The notes under the pieces were generated by a model. That model had not been told where the DNA came from and made no database searches. It saw only the letters and a program-made list of their open reading frames with translations. The translations under genes and the position numbers were made by a program. DNA of 59,378 nt, filler included, from Porpidia crustulata (Eukaryota), in the NCBI GenBank assembly GCA_964255105.1. It is 6 parts of 6 records of this genome, joined end to end, with 100 filler letters (N's around TTAATTAATTAA, not from the genome) between each part and the next. Parts side by side here need not be neighbours in the genome. Positions count along the whole stretch, not along the records: positions 9,935 to 19,763 come from CAXUWE010000880.1; positions 19,864 to 29,668 come from CAXUWE010000881.1; 4 more parts are not named here. One strand, given 5' to 3'. Below are positions 10,578 to 21,854 of this stretch, piece after piece. The stretch's first letter is position 1, and each line of letters starts with the position of its first letter.

Positions 10578-11120
10578 ACCATTGTCATGATTATTGTGAT
10601 ATAGAACCGTCCATCATCAGCTTCATTATCATAAGAGTCGTAAGTGCATCCAAAAAAAAAGGGGGAAAGAAAGTTGGCGGAAAAAGCACAAATAATGAAG
10701 GAACACAAAGCATAATTTCAAAGCAGTCGTGGCGGCAAATGTCGACGCTGGTCTAGAGAGACAAAAGCAAATAGTTTTATGTCCAAGTGTATGTTGTAAA
10801 GTGTGTTCAGGCTGCGACTTAGCCGCCGTGGCTGTGCGTGATTTTGGCGAACAAAACGATCGGCCTTTCCGACGTGTCTGCACCCGCCAGCAAGTTTTGG
10901 AGGAGGGAATCATGAAATAGGCTGTAACTGTTGAAATCGATCGGACAGCGAAAAGGATGTTGTTTTCGGGCTTGAGCCCGCGCCGATCGCATTGGGGTAC
11001 GCACATCGGGTTTGGCAAAGCGCAGATCAATAGACCTCTGGCTTTCTTGCGACATTTTGGAATTCGTTCAGATTCCCCCAGTGTCTGTCGGCCCGCGACC
11101 TTCTGACAAGTACAGAGCCT

Positions 11121-12770
11121 TTAGCGAAAGAATAACTTTGGAGGTAAGTCGTGATATATTTGATAGTCGAACTCGTTGCTTCATTCCAGGACGAAGTATT
11201 TTGTGAGAGTAATGATTGCATTTGAAGATAGCTGAGCCTCCTCGCCCAGATCGTGACGTTCGATTCTCCAGAAGTCAGCCTCATCCAACTCGGTTGCATT
11301 CTTGTCGGCGAGAAGAAGAGCAGCGTCTGCTACTATCCTAACCGAGTCTCCAGAGTTTCCTTCGCCCGCCAAGACGGCATTTGACGCGATTTCAGCCATG
11401 GAGCCCCTGACGAACTCTGCGGACCATCCACGTGCTTCAAGCTGGTTCGGATGTTTTTCGATATAATCCCGTAGCCTAAAAGCTAAACTCTGGCGGAATT
11501 TATCCATCGTGGGTTTTGCATATGCTACCAGGATATCACGAAGACCACGATGGATAGACCACGACAGGGAAGACCATGGTAGGCAGTCCAATGTATGTGC
11601 CAGAACGCTCTGTTCCGTCTTGGGGATGATCATGGATAGCTGAATACTCTCTGTGCTTGGCAAGTGAAGCACTAAAGCGTCCGATGGAGGATTGTTATTT
11701 AATCTTCGCGCACGGAGGAAATCGACCTCGTAAACCTTTCCACCCATCAGATTATACAAATGCCGGCTTCCATGGGCGCCCGGAAATCCTTTGCGCTGAT
11801 ATTCCAAGGTCCACGTGCCGGGTGGCTTTCGCCCCGGAAAGGCACACTGGAAGGAAAGCCCGTCGGCGGACGTGATGACTCCAGCCATCATTTGGACACA
11901 TTTATTTACTCGCACTCGAAACATTGACGGGTAGACATCGTTTGATGCAGAATGTGACTCATGGGGGTGGAAGTGTACCGCAGCCGGTGCGCCCAAGGGC
12001 CACTCGATGTAGAAGTGTCCACAATATGAGGCATATGAGGCGCGATGTCCACTAGCGTCACTATGGCGAAACATAATTCGACCATTGCACAGACTTAGCA
12101 TAGTGATAAAGGTAGTGCGTGAAATCGCAACACCTGTCATGGAATTGTGAAGCGTGAGAGGATGGGCTTGTAACGTGGTCCACGACAGCGTTTGAGGTGA
12201 ATACGTTCCGCATTCAACATCTAACATGTAATCTGTTTGGTCTTCCTTGTTGTAGTGCGTGCTGAAGTCGGTCCAGGTTCCAGAGGTGTTTAACTCAGTG
12301 TTAGATGTGAGGGCCAGGGAGGGAGCCTGCTCATGGATGATGGCTAGAAGAGCAGTCCAGCTGGCTTTCCCAGGATCTATTGAAGGAAGTCGACTGACAC
12401 CGATGACATTGAAACCGCAGAATCCATCAAGCGTCGCATGAATGACAGGACCGACAGGCTTTGGCTGCGTAAGCCGACCAAAAGCCTTCTTAGGCTGGCG
12501 CTTTATCCAAGCTCCTAGATACTCAGCTGTGCGAGAGGTATGATATGGGTCTAATCGATCTTGGATACCATTGGCCTGGCTGATGAGAGAGCCAAGACCG
12601 ATTGCAGTGGCTGCGAACGACAGCCATCCCGCGGTTGTCGCGGCAGCCTCCATGAAGGATCGCTGCTAATGATTAGTATAGTGTAGTTTTCCGGCTTTAG
12701 CCTTAGAGTAGCTACTCACCAGAAAGATGATGGGCAGGTCCCAACATGTATTCGAGGACACGTCTCGCAT
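11121..12770 (-). CDS. Uncharacterised fungal protein (490-aa ORF 11181-12653), with a possible short 5' exon and a suspicious TGA 19 codons before a downstream TAA
   Basis: Long ORF with a hydrophobic N-terminal segment (GWLSFAATAIGLGSLI). A GTGAGT...CTAAT...CAG intron at ~12663-12719 joins an ATG at 12770 in frame. After TGA 11181-11183 the frame continues SNEFDYQIYHDLPPKLFFR to TAA at 11121. Confidence 0.7.
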
Positions 12771-13142
12771 CGTTGTGTACGACCTGAAGGTGGGCTATGC
12801 TCATGTGCTTGCTTCCCCTGCCGTATGAAAAGCTGTTTCCAGATGGTATTTCCAGCCTCCGATGATCTCTCCAGACTCCATTGTAGGGTTTAAGCGCCTA
12901 CTCGTACTCGAACCCCCAATGACACCCATCCCGAGACGCCCCGACCATGTACGCTAACCCCGTAGAGCTAGTGCTTAGATCTACACTAGCGACGGTTATG
13001 CATCTCGCACAGCCAGTAAACCGGGAACACCAATCGGAGATCTTTTGTCCCCGATGCGGTTTAGCACAGGGTCCCATCTTCGCGACATGATCGGATTTAG
13101 CTGCGATCTCTATGTGCACTGACATATATATATTTTGCTAAT

Positions 13143-13358
13143 ATACACAGTCTGAACCTAGAATCAACGATTGTCATTTCCGGGCGAGAAAAAGGGGGCA
13201 GCTTTAGAGGAAGCATCGAGGGAGTACAAGGCCGCATGAGATACTCGCGATGGCGCATGAGGGTCCGAGGGAGCAGCGATAGAGCATGAGGAAGTACCGA
13301 TGGAGTAGCAAGGAAGCAGAACCCTGGACTAACTATATTCAGCCCGGCTTCAGTTGCC
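13143..13358. mobile_element. Right-arm copy (B) of the foldback family
   Basis: 13143-13216 aligns ungapped to 381-454 at 48/74, with 19 of 26 mismatches being transitions. It has ~11-bp units (gaggaagcatc, gagggagcagc, gaggaagtacc, gatggagtagc) and the identical 15-bp end motif. Confidence 0.6.
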
Positions 13359-13817
13359 GTCGTAATTTTGAAAGCAATAGGTCGCCTGCTATTCAGGCTT
13401 GGGCACTATTGCACTGTCAAGCTCAAGGAAACGTACTCCGATAGGAAGATAGAGTAGGCAACCAAGGCAACAGCATCTTGGATCCGAAGTGGGGGGATCC
13501 TTGACAACTTCCGACAATATTAATAAGTCTTTGATAAGCATTCCCTTCTTCCCAAATGTTATACTCGCTTGCTCCTGGAGCGGCTTTCGAACCCTTCAAA
13601 ACTTCGCGATCTGAGTGAGCGGTCACGTGTTTCTGCCACCAATTTGCACCGGGTGGCTCCTCTTTATCACGGTTTCAACAATATTACTACCACGTAACAC
13701 CAGGTGTGCTTGAAGTGGACAACTTATTAGAAAAGGGATGTCGTCTCTTCATTTAATCATTAATACCTGAATATTCTTTGTTTCACGGGGCAGGCATTAT
13801 TCTTGATAGTGCTCAAA

Positions 13818-15012
13818 ATGCGTCTCATCGACGTGAACACGTTCGAGCAGCAAGACGGGTTTGACCATAACCAAACTCCACCTTATGCAATACTATCTCA
13901 CAGGTGGGGTAAGCACGAAGTCTCATACGAAAATTTCATAAACACACCGAAAGAGGGCTTCAATGATGGGCTTCTACGTGAAACCATCGACAACAAGAAT
14001 GCAGGGGCCTCCAAAATCGCCTACGCTTGTGCGCATGCGAGGAAAGCAGGTCTCAAATGGATCTGGATCGACACCTGCTGCATCGACAAGACAAACAGCA
14101 CCGAGTTAAGCAGGTCCATCAATTCCATGTTCAAATGGTACGAAGGCGCGGAGCTTTGCATCGCGCACCTCGCCGATGTGGATGTCAAAAATACGAGTAA
14201 AGCCGAGGTCGCCGGCGCGATTCAGAATAGCGAATGGTTCAAACGAGGCTGGACGCTGCAGGAGATGCTCGCCTCGCGCTCCATGCAATTCTTTGATGCC
14301 AACTGGGAGCCGCTCGGCTTGCGGAGCGAGCTCACACCACTGATTTCGAGGGCGACGGGGATATCCACCGAGCATTTGGGGGATTTTCACCGCGCGAGTA
14401 TCGCGCGAGAAGATGAGTTGGATGGCTGATAGAGCGACGACTGAGGAGGAGGATATGACCTATTGCATGCTGGGGATCTTTGATCTCAATATGGATCTAC
14501 AATATGGGGAGGGGAAGAAAGCATTTGTGAGGCTACAAGAGATGATCATCAGCAATAGCTCTGACGAGTCGATCTTCGCCTGGAGATCACAGAGGTTTCA
14601 AAGTTCGGGATTGCTGGCTCCGTGGCCGGATTGCTTCAGATATTCTGGCGATGTTGTGCTGAGACCAGATAAAATTTCCTACACTCGAGCAGCTTATCAG
14701 ATGACGGGTCAGGGTCAGAGTTTTCCGGCTCCGCTCTATTTGGTCTGGGATGTTGAAGTCAAAACTCCGTCGCATTTCTTTGGGGCGAAGAACAAAGAGA
14801 TTGAAATGACGATGCAGTGCTGGACAAGGCAACAGGGAGAATTGAATGCTATTGCTTTGTACTTGGATAGAGTTGGAGGGTACTGGAAGAGGGTCAGGTG
14901 CGGTGAGTGGGGCTTAGCGAAGAAGGTTAGGATGGAGCATTAGGCGCAGCCGGGTGGTGTACGTTCGCACAATATTTACGTTCCGCAGAGAGAGATTGTA
15001 AAAGGGCTTTGA
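13818..15012 (+). pseudogene. HET-domain (heterokaryon incompatibility, PF06985-type) gene with a frameshift and a probable premature stop
   Basis: MRLIDV, PPYAILSHRWG, WIWIDTCCIDK..ELS.SINSMF.WY, SEWF.RGWTLQE. A +1 shift at ~14405-14410 separates ASIA from (EK)MSW...EDMTYCMLGIF...YGEG..AF.RLQE..DESIFAW. TAG at 14941 is followed in frame by ...NIYVPQREIVKGL to TGA at 15010. Confidence 0.88.
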
Positions 15013-15318
15013 TCATTGCTTACCATGGGAAGCGTTTACAAGCCAGAAAGGGACATGAAGTTGCCGACAACTCGAGAGATCGGTTGGAGGTTGCCTGTGA
15101 GGGCATTCCTTCCCTCGTAACACCTTCGCTCCAATATCAGGACTGAAGGTGGCTCCGGTTGCTGTTTCGGGACTGCAGTTCACGGCCCATCTTTGGAAAC
15201 GCTTGATGCAGTGTGTGCGCTGCAAGTCCGACCATTGCCAAACTCTAGTCTATGAATGACTTGTTGATCTACTCCCCGGATGAAAATTGCGGGTCGAAAT
15301 TGAAAAGTATGATGGATA

Positions 15319-16987
15319 TCAAGCGATACTCCTTTTATCCAGTTTGAGCTCTTGCTCCTTCACGCTCTCGTTCCGCCAATGGGTCCAGAATATCCAAACA
15401 CTCAGGACTACGAACGTCAAAGGCGTTGTGATAACCCAGTACATCCAAAAGGGCTGTCCTTTGAGACTTTCCAGAGAGAACAGCGTCTGTGAAGCATATA
15501 TCTGTCATCACATCATCTCTGTGAAATTACTGAGGTAGAAACAACTCACAGCGACAAACGTGCCGGGAAAGAAAAGGGCGCCAAGTACTGCGAGAGACTT
15601 CATGGCGGAAGAATCACGGTTGGCGGCCTCGGATATCTTCTGGGTTGTCACATTATCTCGTTGCGCGAATCGGTCGTAAACCTAACATATCTTAGAAAAC
15701 ATCCAGGGGTAGAGAATGGCGGCAAAGCACCGGAAGAATCAGCATTGCTTACGGCGCCGACTTGGTTTTCCGCTCTTTTCGCAATCAAATCAACATCCAA
15801 CCTGGTCATCTTAACCTGTGTCTTCATGTTTCGTACCCATTGCAGCATCGATGTTGTACGGGCAGAATATTTCTGATCTTGCGTTAAGCTTTCTAGTAAA
15901 AGCTCGATCCAAATCGTGACAACTTCGATCCTGCGGCAGAGTACTGCAACTTGAATCCTCAGGCCGTGTGCTACCCTGGAAAGCTCCCCATCTGTTTGAG
16001 GCTTCTCATATCTAGCACGATAGTTATGCCACGTGTGTTGGCCCGTGCTGTGCTCGATATCCATCACGTCCTGCTTTACCTCCGCTAGATGTTCTACATT
16101 TGCTGTTAAGCTCATCTCCGTAAGAATGGTTCGTAACAGCAGCTCGTGACCTGTAGATGCTTTGTGGTAGAGAATACGTTCCTTGATAGCCTGCATTTCG
16201 GCTTCGTCTGTCTGCAAGATGATTCCAGTGGTAGTACCAGTGTTGGCACTGTAGCTGTATGCCGTGATGATTGCCGTGTCATTTTGGAGGCGTATCAATC
16301 CCAAGAAACCTGACGTGCATATCGCAATTGTTAGCCCATGTGGATAGATTGTAACATCATAAAGTGAAATGTGCAACAGACTCTGACTACTGACGGGGCC
16401 TGACAGATTGTCCTGTACAACAAAGTCTGCACTGTGACTCGCAATAGCACGATGCTCTGTCAAGTCCAAAATCTGCTGCGAAAGTTTACAGCGATCTAAC
16501 AGCATAATGAAAGTATCACGTTCGAACGGAAGAACAAACGGATGAAAATGGCCGTGTTCATGAATCCTTGCTGAGGTTCGTCGCAAGGGTCGAGGGCGAC
16601 CGAAACTGTAGGACCCGCATGAGGCCGCGCATTATATATGAATGCGCAGGAAACACCAACATAAGACGAATCCCATCGCGGCATACTCTCCCCTCCAGTG
16701 CCGAAGAGATCTCAAATCTCCCCTACACACCAAATTAGATCATTCGAGGGTCCCAGAATGAAGCGCGCACGCTTTGGTTGGCCCATGCTTCAACCTCTGT
16801 GTCCTTGAGGTATCCCTCTGTAACCACGTACTATACACATCGCTCAGTAAACATCTTCCCAACCTCCTTGCATAAGGCTGACCTCTGATCCATCGCGCCT
16901 TATCTCAAAGAATGGATTGCCAGGGTCTGCCGCCGGTACAAATAGTCCTGGTTGGGAACAAAGGGCATCAAAGTTCATAGAATCCAT
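15319..16987 (-). CDS. Fungal CorA-like membrane protein (two C-terminal TM helices), multi-exon
   Basis: The spliced C-terminus reads AQRDN...AANRDSSAMKSLAVLGALFFPGTFVA|TLFSL...FWMYWVITTPLTFVVLSVWIFW, preceded by a helical region. The 5' exons start MDSMNFDALC at 16987. The canonical GMN motif is absent. Confidence 0.72.
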
Positions 16988-18166
16988 CAGACGACGCTAG
17001 AAGTACAATGATCACTTCTGTGTCCGTTATCCATTAAGAGTTGCTTCGTCAAAATGCATGTGATGGTATCCCTCAGCTCAGCTAAAGCACATGGCTAAAT
17101 CCGGACTAGGCGCCCTTAGCTGCATTGAATTCGAATACTTTACAATCGAAGCCTCAGTTTGATTTTCAGAGTCTGAAAATTCTGCATCTCAAGAACCGTA
17201 AAATGCTGCTTAGCAGGTCTCTTCCGCTCTGGAAATGTCGATCTAATGAACATTAAGTCTGCTGCGGTGTTCCTCGATGCACATATTGCAGGAGCAGACG
17301 TAGATCCTAGCAATTCTATCGGCTGATCAGCAGTCTCTCCTTGACGATGAGAATGAGGGTCCGATTGATTCTTACAAAGGGCTATGTGATGATGTTTGAT
17401 CGCATGTAAGACTATGTTCATGATGATGGCAAGTCAGCATCAATGGCGGTATTCAAGAACCATCAACTTGCAATCACAGAATGAAGACCCTCCCCACCTA
17501 CTCGTCAATCGAACTATGAACCTGGATGAGGGAAAGTGAAAGTTGGAGTCGCATTGTTCTCTCCTAAATAGAAAATCCCCAATGGAGATCGAGTACAATG
17601 CCTTGCGTAGTACCTTACTTGCAATAAGTTGATTGCTTTTGAATTATAAGACCGACGATAGGCGGTGCTTTTGGATGGAGCGGATCTGCCTTCATTGCGT
17701 CTATGCTGCGCTGGAGTCTTGGCCTTGAGTTCTCCGAACAATCTTGTATTATTTATCAATTGGCTCTGTGTAGCAATACAGGCATCTCATATACCTTGCC
17801 GCCTTTGTTTCGTCGACTACTGAGATTGATGACGGAGAGTGGTGGAGTTTGCAATAGTAATACTCGTTTCCACCCCTCATCGGACCACGCCAATCAAAAT
17901 TAGTAAGTATAGCCCTAACCCTAGGTGCAATGGTCTGTTGAGGGGTATGGTCCGATAAGCCTGCGAGACCAGATTAAGCTTAGAGTAGGTCACCTAGGTA
18001 GCGCGTTTCCACCGCGTCACCCAACGATTGTCGATCACAAATTGACCGTTGCGTCGACTTCAACAACCGTTCTTTGTGACTAGGTACCATTTTCAGGAGC
18101 AGCTGCTTGTGCCTCAATTAATGCCTTATCTCTCACTTACCACCTTTTCCTCACCATCGTCTCAAT

Positions 18167-19407
18167 ATGGAAGACTTCTCCCAAAAGCCTCCAACTGACA
18201 TCAACCCTTACAAAGCTCTGGAAATCAAACCCACTGCCACTCCCAGCGAGGTAAAATCGGCTTACAGAAAGCTAGCCCTTCGACATCATCCAGGTACCTA
18301 CACATTTCCAAGGCTTACGTGAGGGTATCAAAGCTAACAAAATTCGCAGACAAAGCCCCTATCTCCGCTAAAGATACCTCTCACATCAAATTTCAAGAAA
18401 TCGCCTTTGCATATGCAATTCTCTCAGATGAACGTAGACGGAAACGCTACGACACCACCGGTAATACCTCCGAATCGCTCGATGATGGCGAAGATGACTT
18501 CAACTGGGTTGATTTCTTTCGTGCACAAATAGCCGAAGCGGTGACGGGGGAGCGGCTGAATGATTTCAAATCTACCTACCAGAACTCGGAGGAGGAGAAG
18601 CAGGATGTGCTGAAGGCCTACAAAGCTTTTTCGGGCCGCCTTAACTCGATATTTAAGACGGTTATGTTGAGTAATCCCTTGGACGACGAGGAGCGGTTTC
18701 GTGGATACATTGATCAAGCGATACAGGCTGGAGAAGCATTTCCGTACATGAACTACGCACATGAAAAGCAAGGGTCGAAAGATGCGAGACATCACAAAGC
18801 AAGGAAAGAAGCCAAAGAGGCAGAAAGGCATGCCAAAGACTCGGGTATACATGAATCAATCTTTGGCCCCGATGTCGTTAAAGCCAAGAAGTCTGGAAAA
18901 GATGATAGTGGATCAGCGCTCGCAGATCTGATCCAGCAAAGACAAAAGAGTCGAGCCTCGAATTTTCTAGATGACCTAGAGACCAAGTACGCTGGTGGGA
19001 ATAAGGGCACTGCTAAAACTCAGAGAGGGAATAAACGGACCAGAGAAGACGAGCCTCCGGAAGAGGCATTCCAAAAGACCGCGGATAGGATCAAAACCCG
19101 CAAGCTTGACATCTCCATCGAAGAAGACGACCACGATGAGGAACATACAACGGAGGTCAGCGAAGCCGAGGAGCCCGAGTCTGTTAAGAAGGGGAAATCG
19201 GTCAAACCAAAAGGCAAGAAGAACGAGGAAGAGAAGAAGCCAGTCACGAAACGGACTATACGAGCCAAGACGCGAAAAGCACCAATCGTCGACGAAGACG
19301 ACGAGAATGAGGACCTAAACACTGAAAGCTCCGCTCGGGACCCTGAAATCGCTCCCAAAAAGACCAAACCAGCGACAGCTCGACCTTCAAGACAGAAGAA
19401 GCGCTAG
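18167..19407 (+). CDS. DNAJC9: J-domain co-chaperone, DNAJC9-like
   Basis: NPYKALEI...VKSAYRKLALRHHP|DK with HPD split by intron 18294-18349; FQEIAFAYAILSDERRRKRYD; YQNSEEEKQDVL; LADLIQQRQKSRASNFLDDLETKY. Confidence 0.88.
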
Positions 19408-19763
19408 AATAATACAGAAGCTCTCCACCACCACCCCATCTTTTAGTAGTATTTTCTTCCGCAGAAAACAACGGCGTTAACGGATCCAAGCGGTTTCACA
19501 TAGGTTAATAGATATCCTCAATCAGCGCCGAGGAAAGGGGCTTGCATTCATTCCGGGGATTAGCGGGGTCACGAGATGAAAAGATACCCCACACGAAAGG
19601 AAGGGAAGGGAAGGGGATCCGGTATTCGTATGGATGGAGCAAAGAGGGAGGCGCATAAGGCGGTGCGGGAATTGCGTATGTTTTTTTTAATCATTATGGA
19701 TAAAGATGATGTGCTTGAAACTCGGGGTGCAGGATATATGCATATGATTGTCGAGTAAAAGAT

Positions 19764-19863
19764 NNNNNNNNNNNNNNNNNNNNNNNNNNNNNNNNNNNNN
19801 NNNNNNNTTAATTAATTAANNNNNNNNNNNNNNNNNNNNNNNNNNNNNNNNNNNNNNNNNNNN
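19764..19863. other. Artificial contig linker
   Basis: N44-TTAATTAATTAA-N44. Confidence 0.99.
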
Positions 19864-20310
19864 GTTAGTACCCGGTTCCCTACTTTTATCATAATTATAT
19901 ATCAAACTGAAGTCCTGAATTAGACTTGTTACTGAGGGGAGGAGGGGGGATTTTAGGGCATGATTGTTCGATTGGAATTTCTTGGGAAGTTTTTGCTCTT
20001 GGGTTGAGGAAGGGGTTTATCTGATTCAAATATCATGAGCATAAGTAATAGATGATTAACCTTCCGCTTCTGTTGTCCTCTTCCATCAATGAGAGAGTGA
20101 ACTGTCTGCTGGAATAGAGTTCATATTACGATCAGACAACATTTTCAATGTAGAACCGTCCCTAGTTGAATTTTTTCCTCCTAGCTCAGACTTTCATTTT
20201 TCCAGTACGAATTGCAAAGCCGGATCCATCAATGATGGATTCAGTATCGAATCGAGCGAGAACCGAAGCTAAAGATAGTTGTCGCATTTCGTCCAGATGC
20301 CGATGGGTCC

Positions 20311-20462
20311 GGTGTGGGGGGAGTCGAGAGCTCTGCTTGTGTGAGAGAAGTCGGGATCTCTTCTAGTGTGAGGGAAGTCGAGAGCTCTTCTTGTGTAAGA
20401 GAAGTTCGGGATTTCTCCTGTGAGAGGGAAGTCGAGGCATCTTCTTGTGATAGGGAACTCGG
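20311..20462. repeat. 27-bp tandem repeat (~5.6 copies) within a decayed coding-like region
   Basis: Units start at 20311, 20338, 20365, 20392, 20419 and 20446 (consensus TGTGTGAGGGAAGTCGAGAGCTCTTCT). The minus strand reads as 9-aa repeats TSL(S/T)QExxx. Confidence 0.8.
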
Positions 20463-21854
20463 TTTTACGGCGGCTTGCTGTCGAGTAGAGACAGATCTTT
20501 ATTCTCTGTAAGTTCATTGATCATCAACACAAAATTGATATGGAATCCGTACATTCTCTTCGTCCATCTCTCTCTTTTCTTCAGCATCTTTTCTAGATGC
20601 TTCCCATCGAGAATTCTGTGTCCAGTCTTCGGATTAATCCCGGGAGATGTACGATAAAGACTCGTTTGAGATTCAGACCTTATAAAACGAAAGATTAGTC
20701 GATTGTATCAATATACTGCAGGCACCGACTCACACTTCCTGTCGATCTGAACGTCTTTCTAGAGTTAGAGATCTGATCCTTCTTCAAGATAACGTCGTCT
20801 CGGAGATCCGAGACCTCCAGACAAGTTTCTCGCTTGAGATTGAGAACTTCTACACAGGTTGTAAGATCAGTAGACCGTATACATTAGAAGCTTTCGAGCC
20901 AAGCATACGAAATCCGATCATGAGCAGACATCACGACAGACAAGTCGAAGAAGCTATGAGATAAGAAAGGATAACCGGCAGAAGTGAGAAGAGAAGAAGA
21001 CAAAGAAAGATGAAGTTGGGGGATTTTAAATTACGGTTGAGAGACACTCGTCATTACATATCGAGTCGGAAAACATACTTTCCTTTCTAGGCAAGATCGC
21101 GATGACGGCGAGGGCGACTGTACGTCCTTCACGTCCGTAGATACTCTTGTTCGTCTTCGAGCTGTTTTATATTAGAGAAAGAGAAAGAGAAAGACAAGCT
21201 TGACAGCGATAGCAATGACTACGACAAGACCATAGATCCAGAAACTGAATGTATCTTAGAAGCTCATGTAATTCCTTATTCAACGATTACTAGAAGACTA
21301 CCGTTAAACTTCAGTTGGAAGTCTGACTTGACTGATTCTACTAAATGATGTATAGACGGAAGAAGGTTGGTGGAACTTAATCATAGCCCGTAGTCTGTAT
21401 TGGTATCGATCATATCTTTGATAGGTATTCGAATACGATGGCTGCTTTATCGTCAGCTTAGGGGATAGTCATGGCCTTTAGATCATCGAGGTTCAGAACG
21501 CGTTCGGGATTCGACATCGTGCACCATGACGGGAAGTGCGCATTCGGCCTCGATATTTGGTCTACAATCGAAAGGAAGGAAAGTCCTGCTAACGTAGTAG
21601 TATATCCAATAAGAAAACTGCGTGCACTCGCTGCAAGAATAATGAATGAAACAAAATCGCATGGCTCATCGAAGGCCGGGGGATCGTTCGCATAATAGAC
21701 CGCGTGACCCTCATAAAGCACACCCCCAGTTCTCTACCCATGTGCACTTCTGCTAAATCCTGTTCACAAATAATGCACCAATAGAACCTGTCCATTATTC
21801 CATCTCCGTTTCCTCAAGACCCCGTGCATAAAGCCTTGAATATCTGTGCATGGC

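Noticed and set aside
21458..21795. Two overlapping small ORFs (CxxC-containing) downstream of the Ebp1-like gene
   Set aside because: No family motif or clear splice path; likely 3' UTR or a relic.
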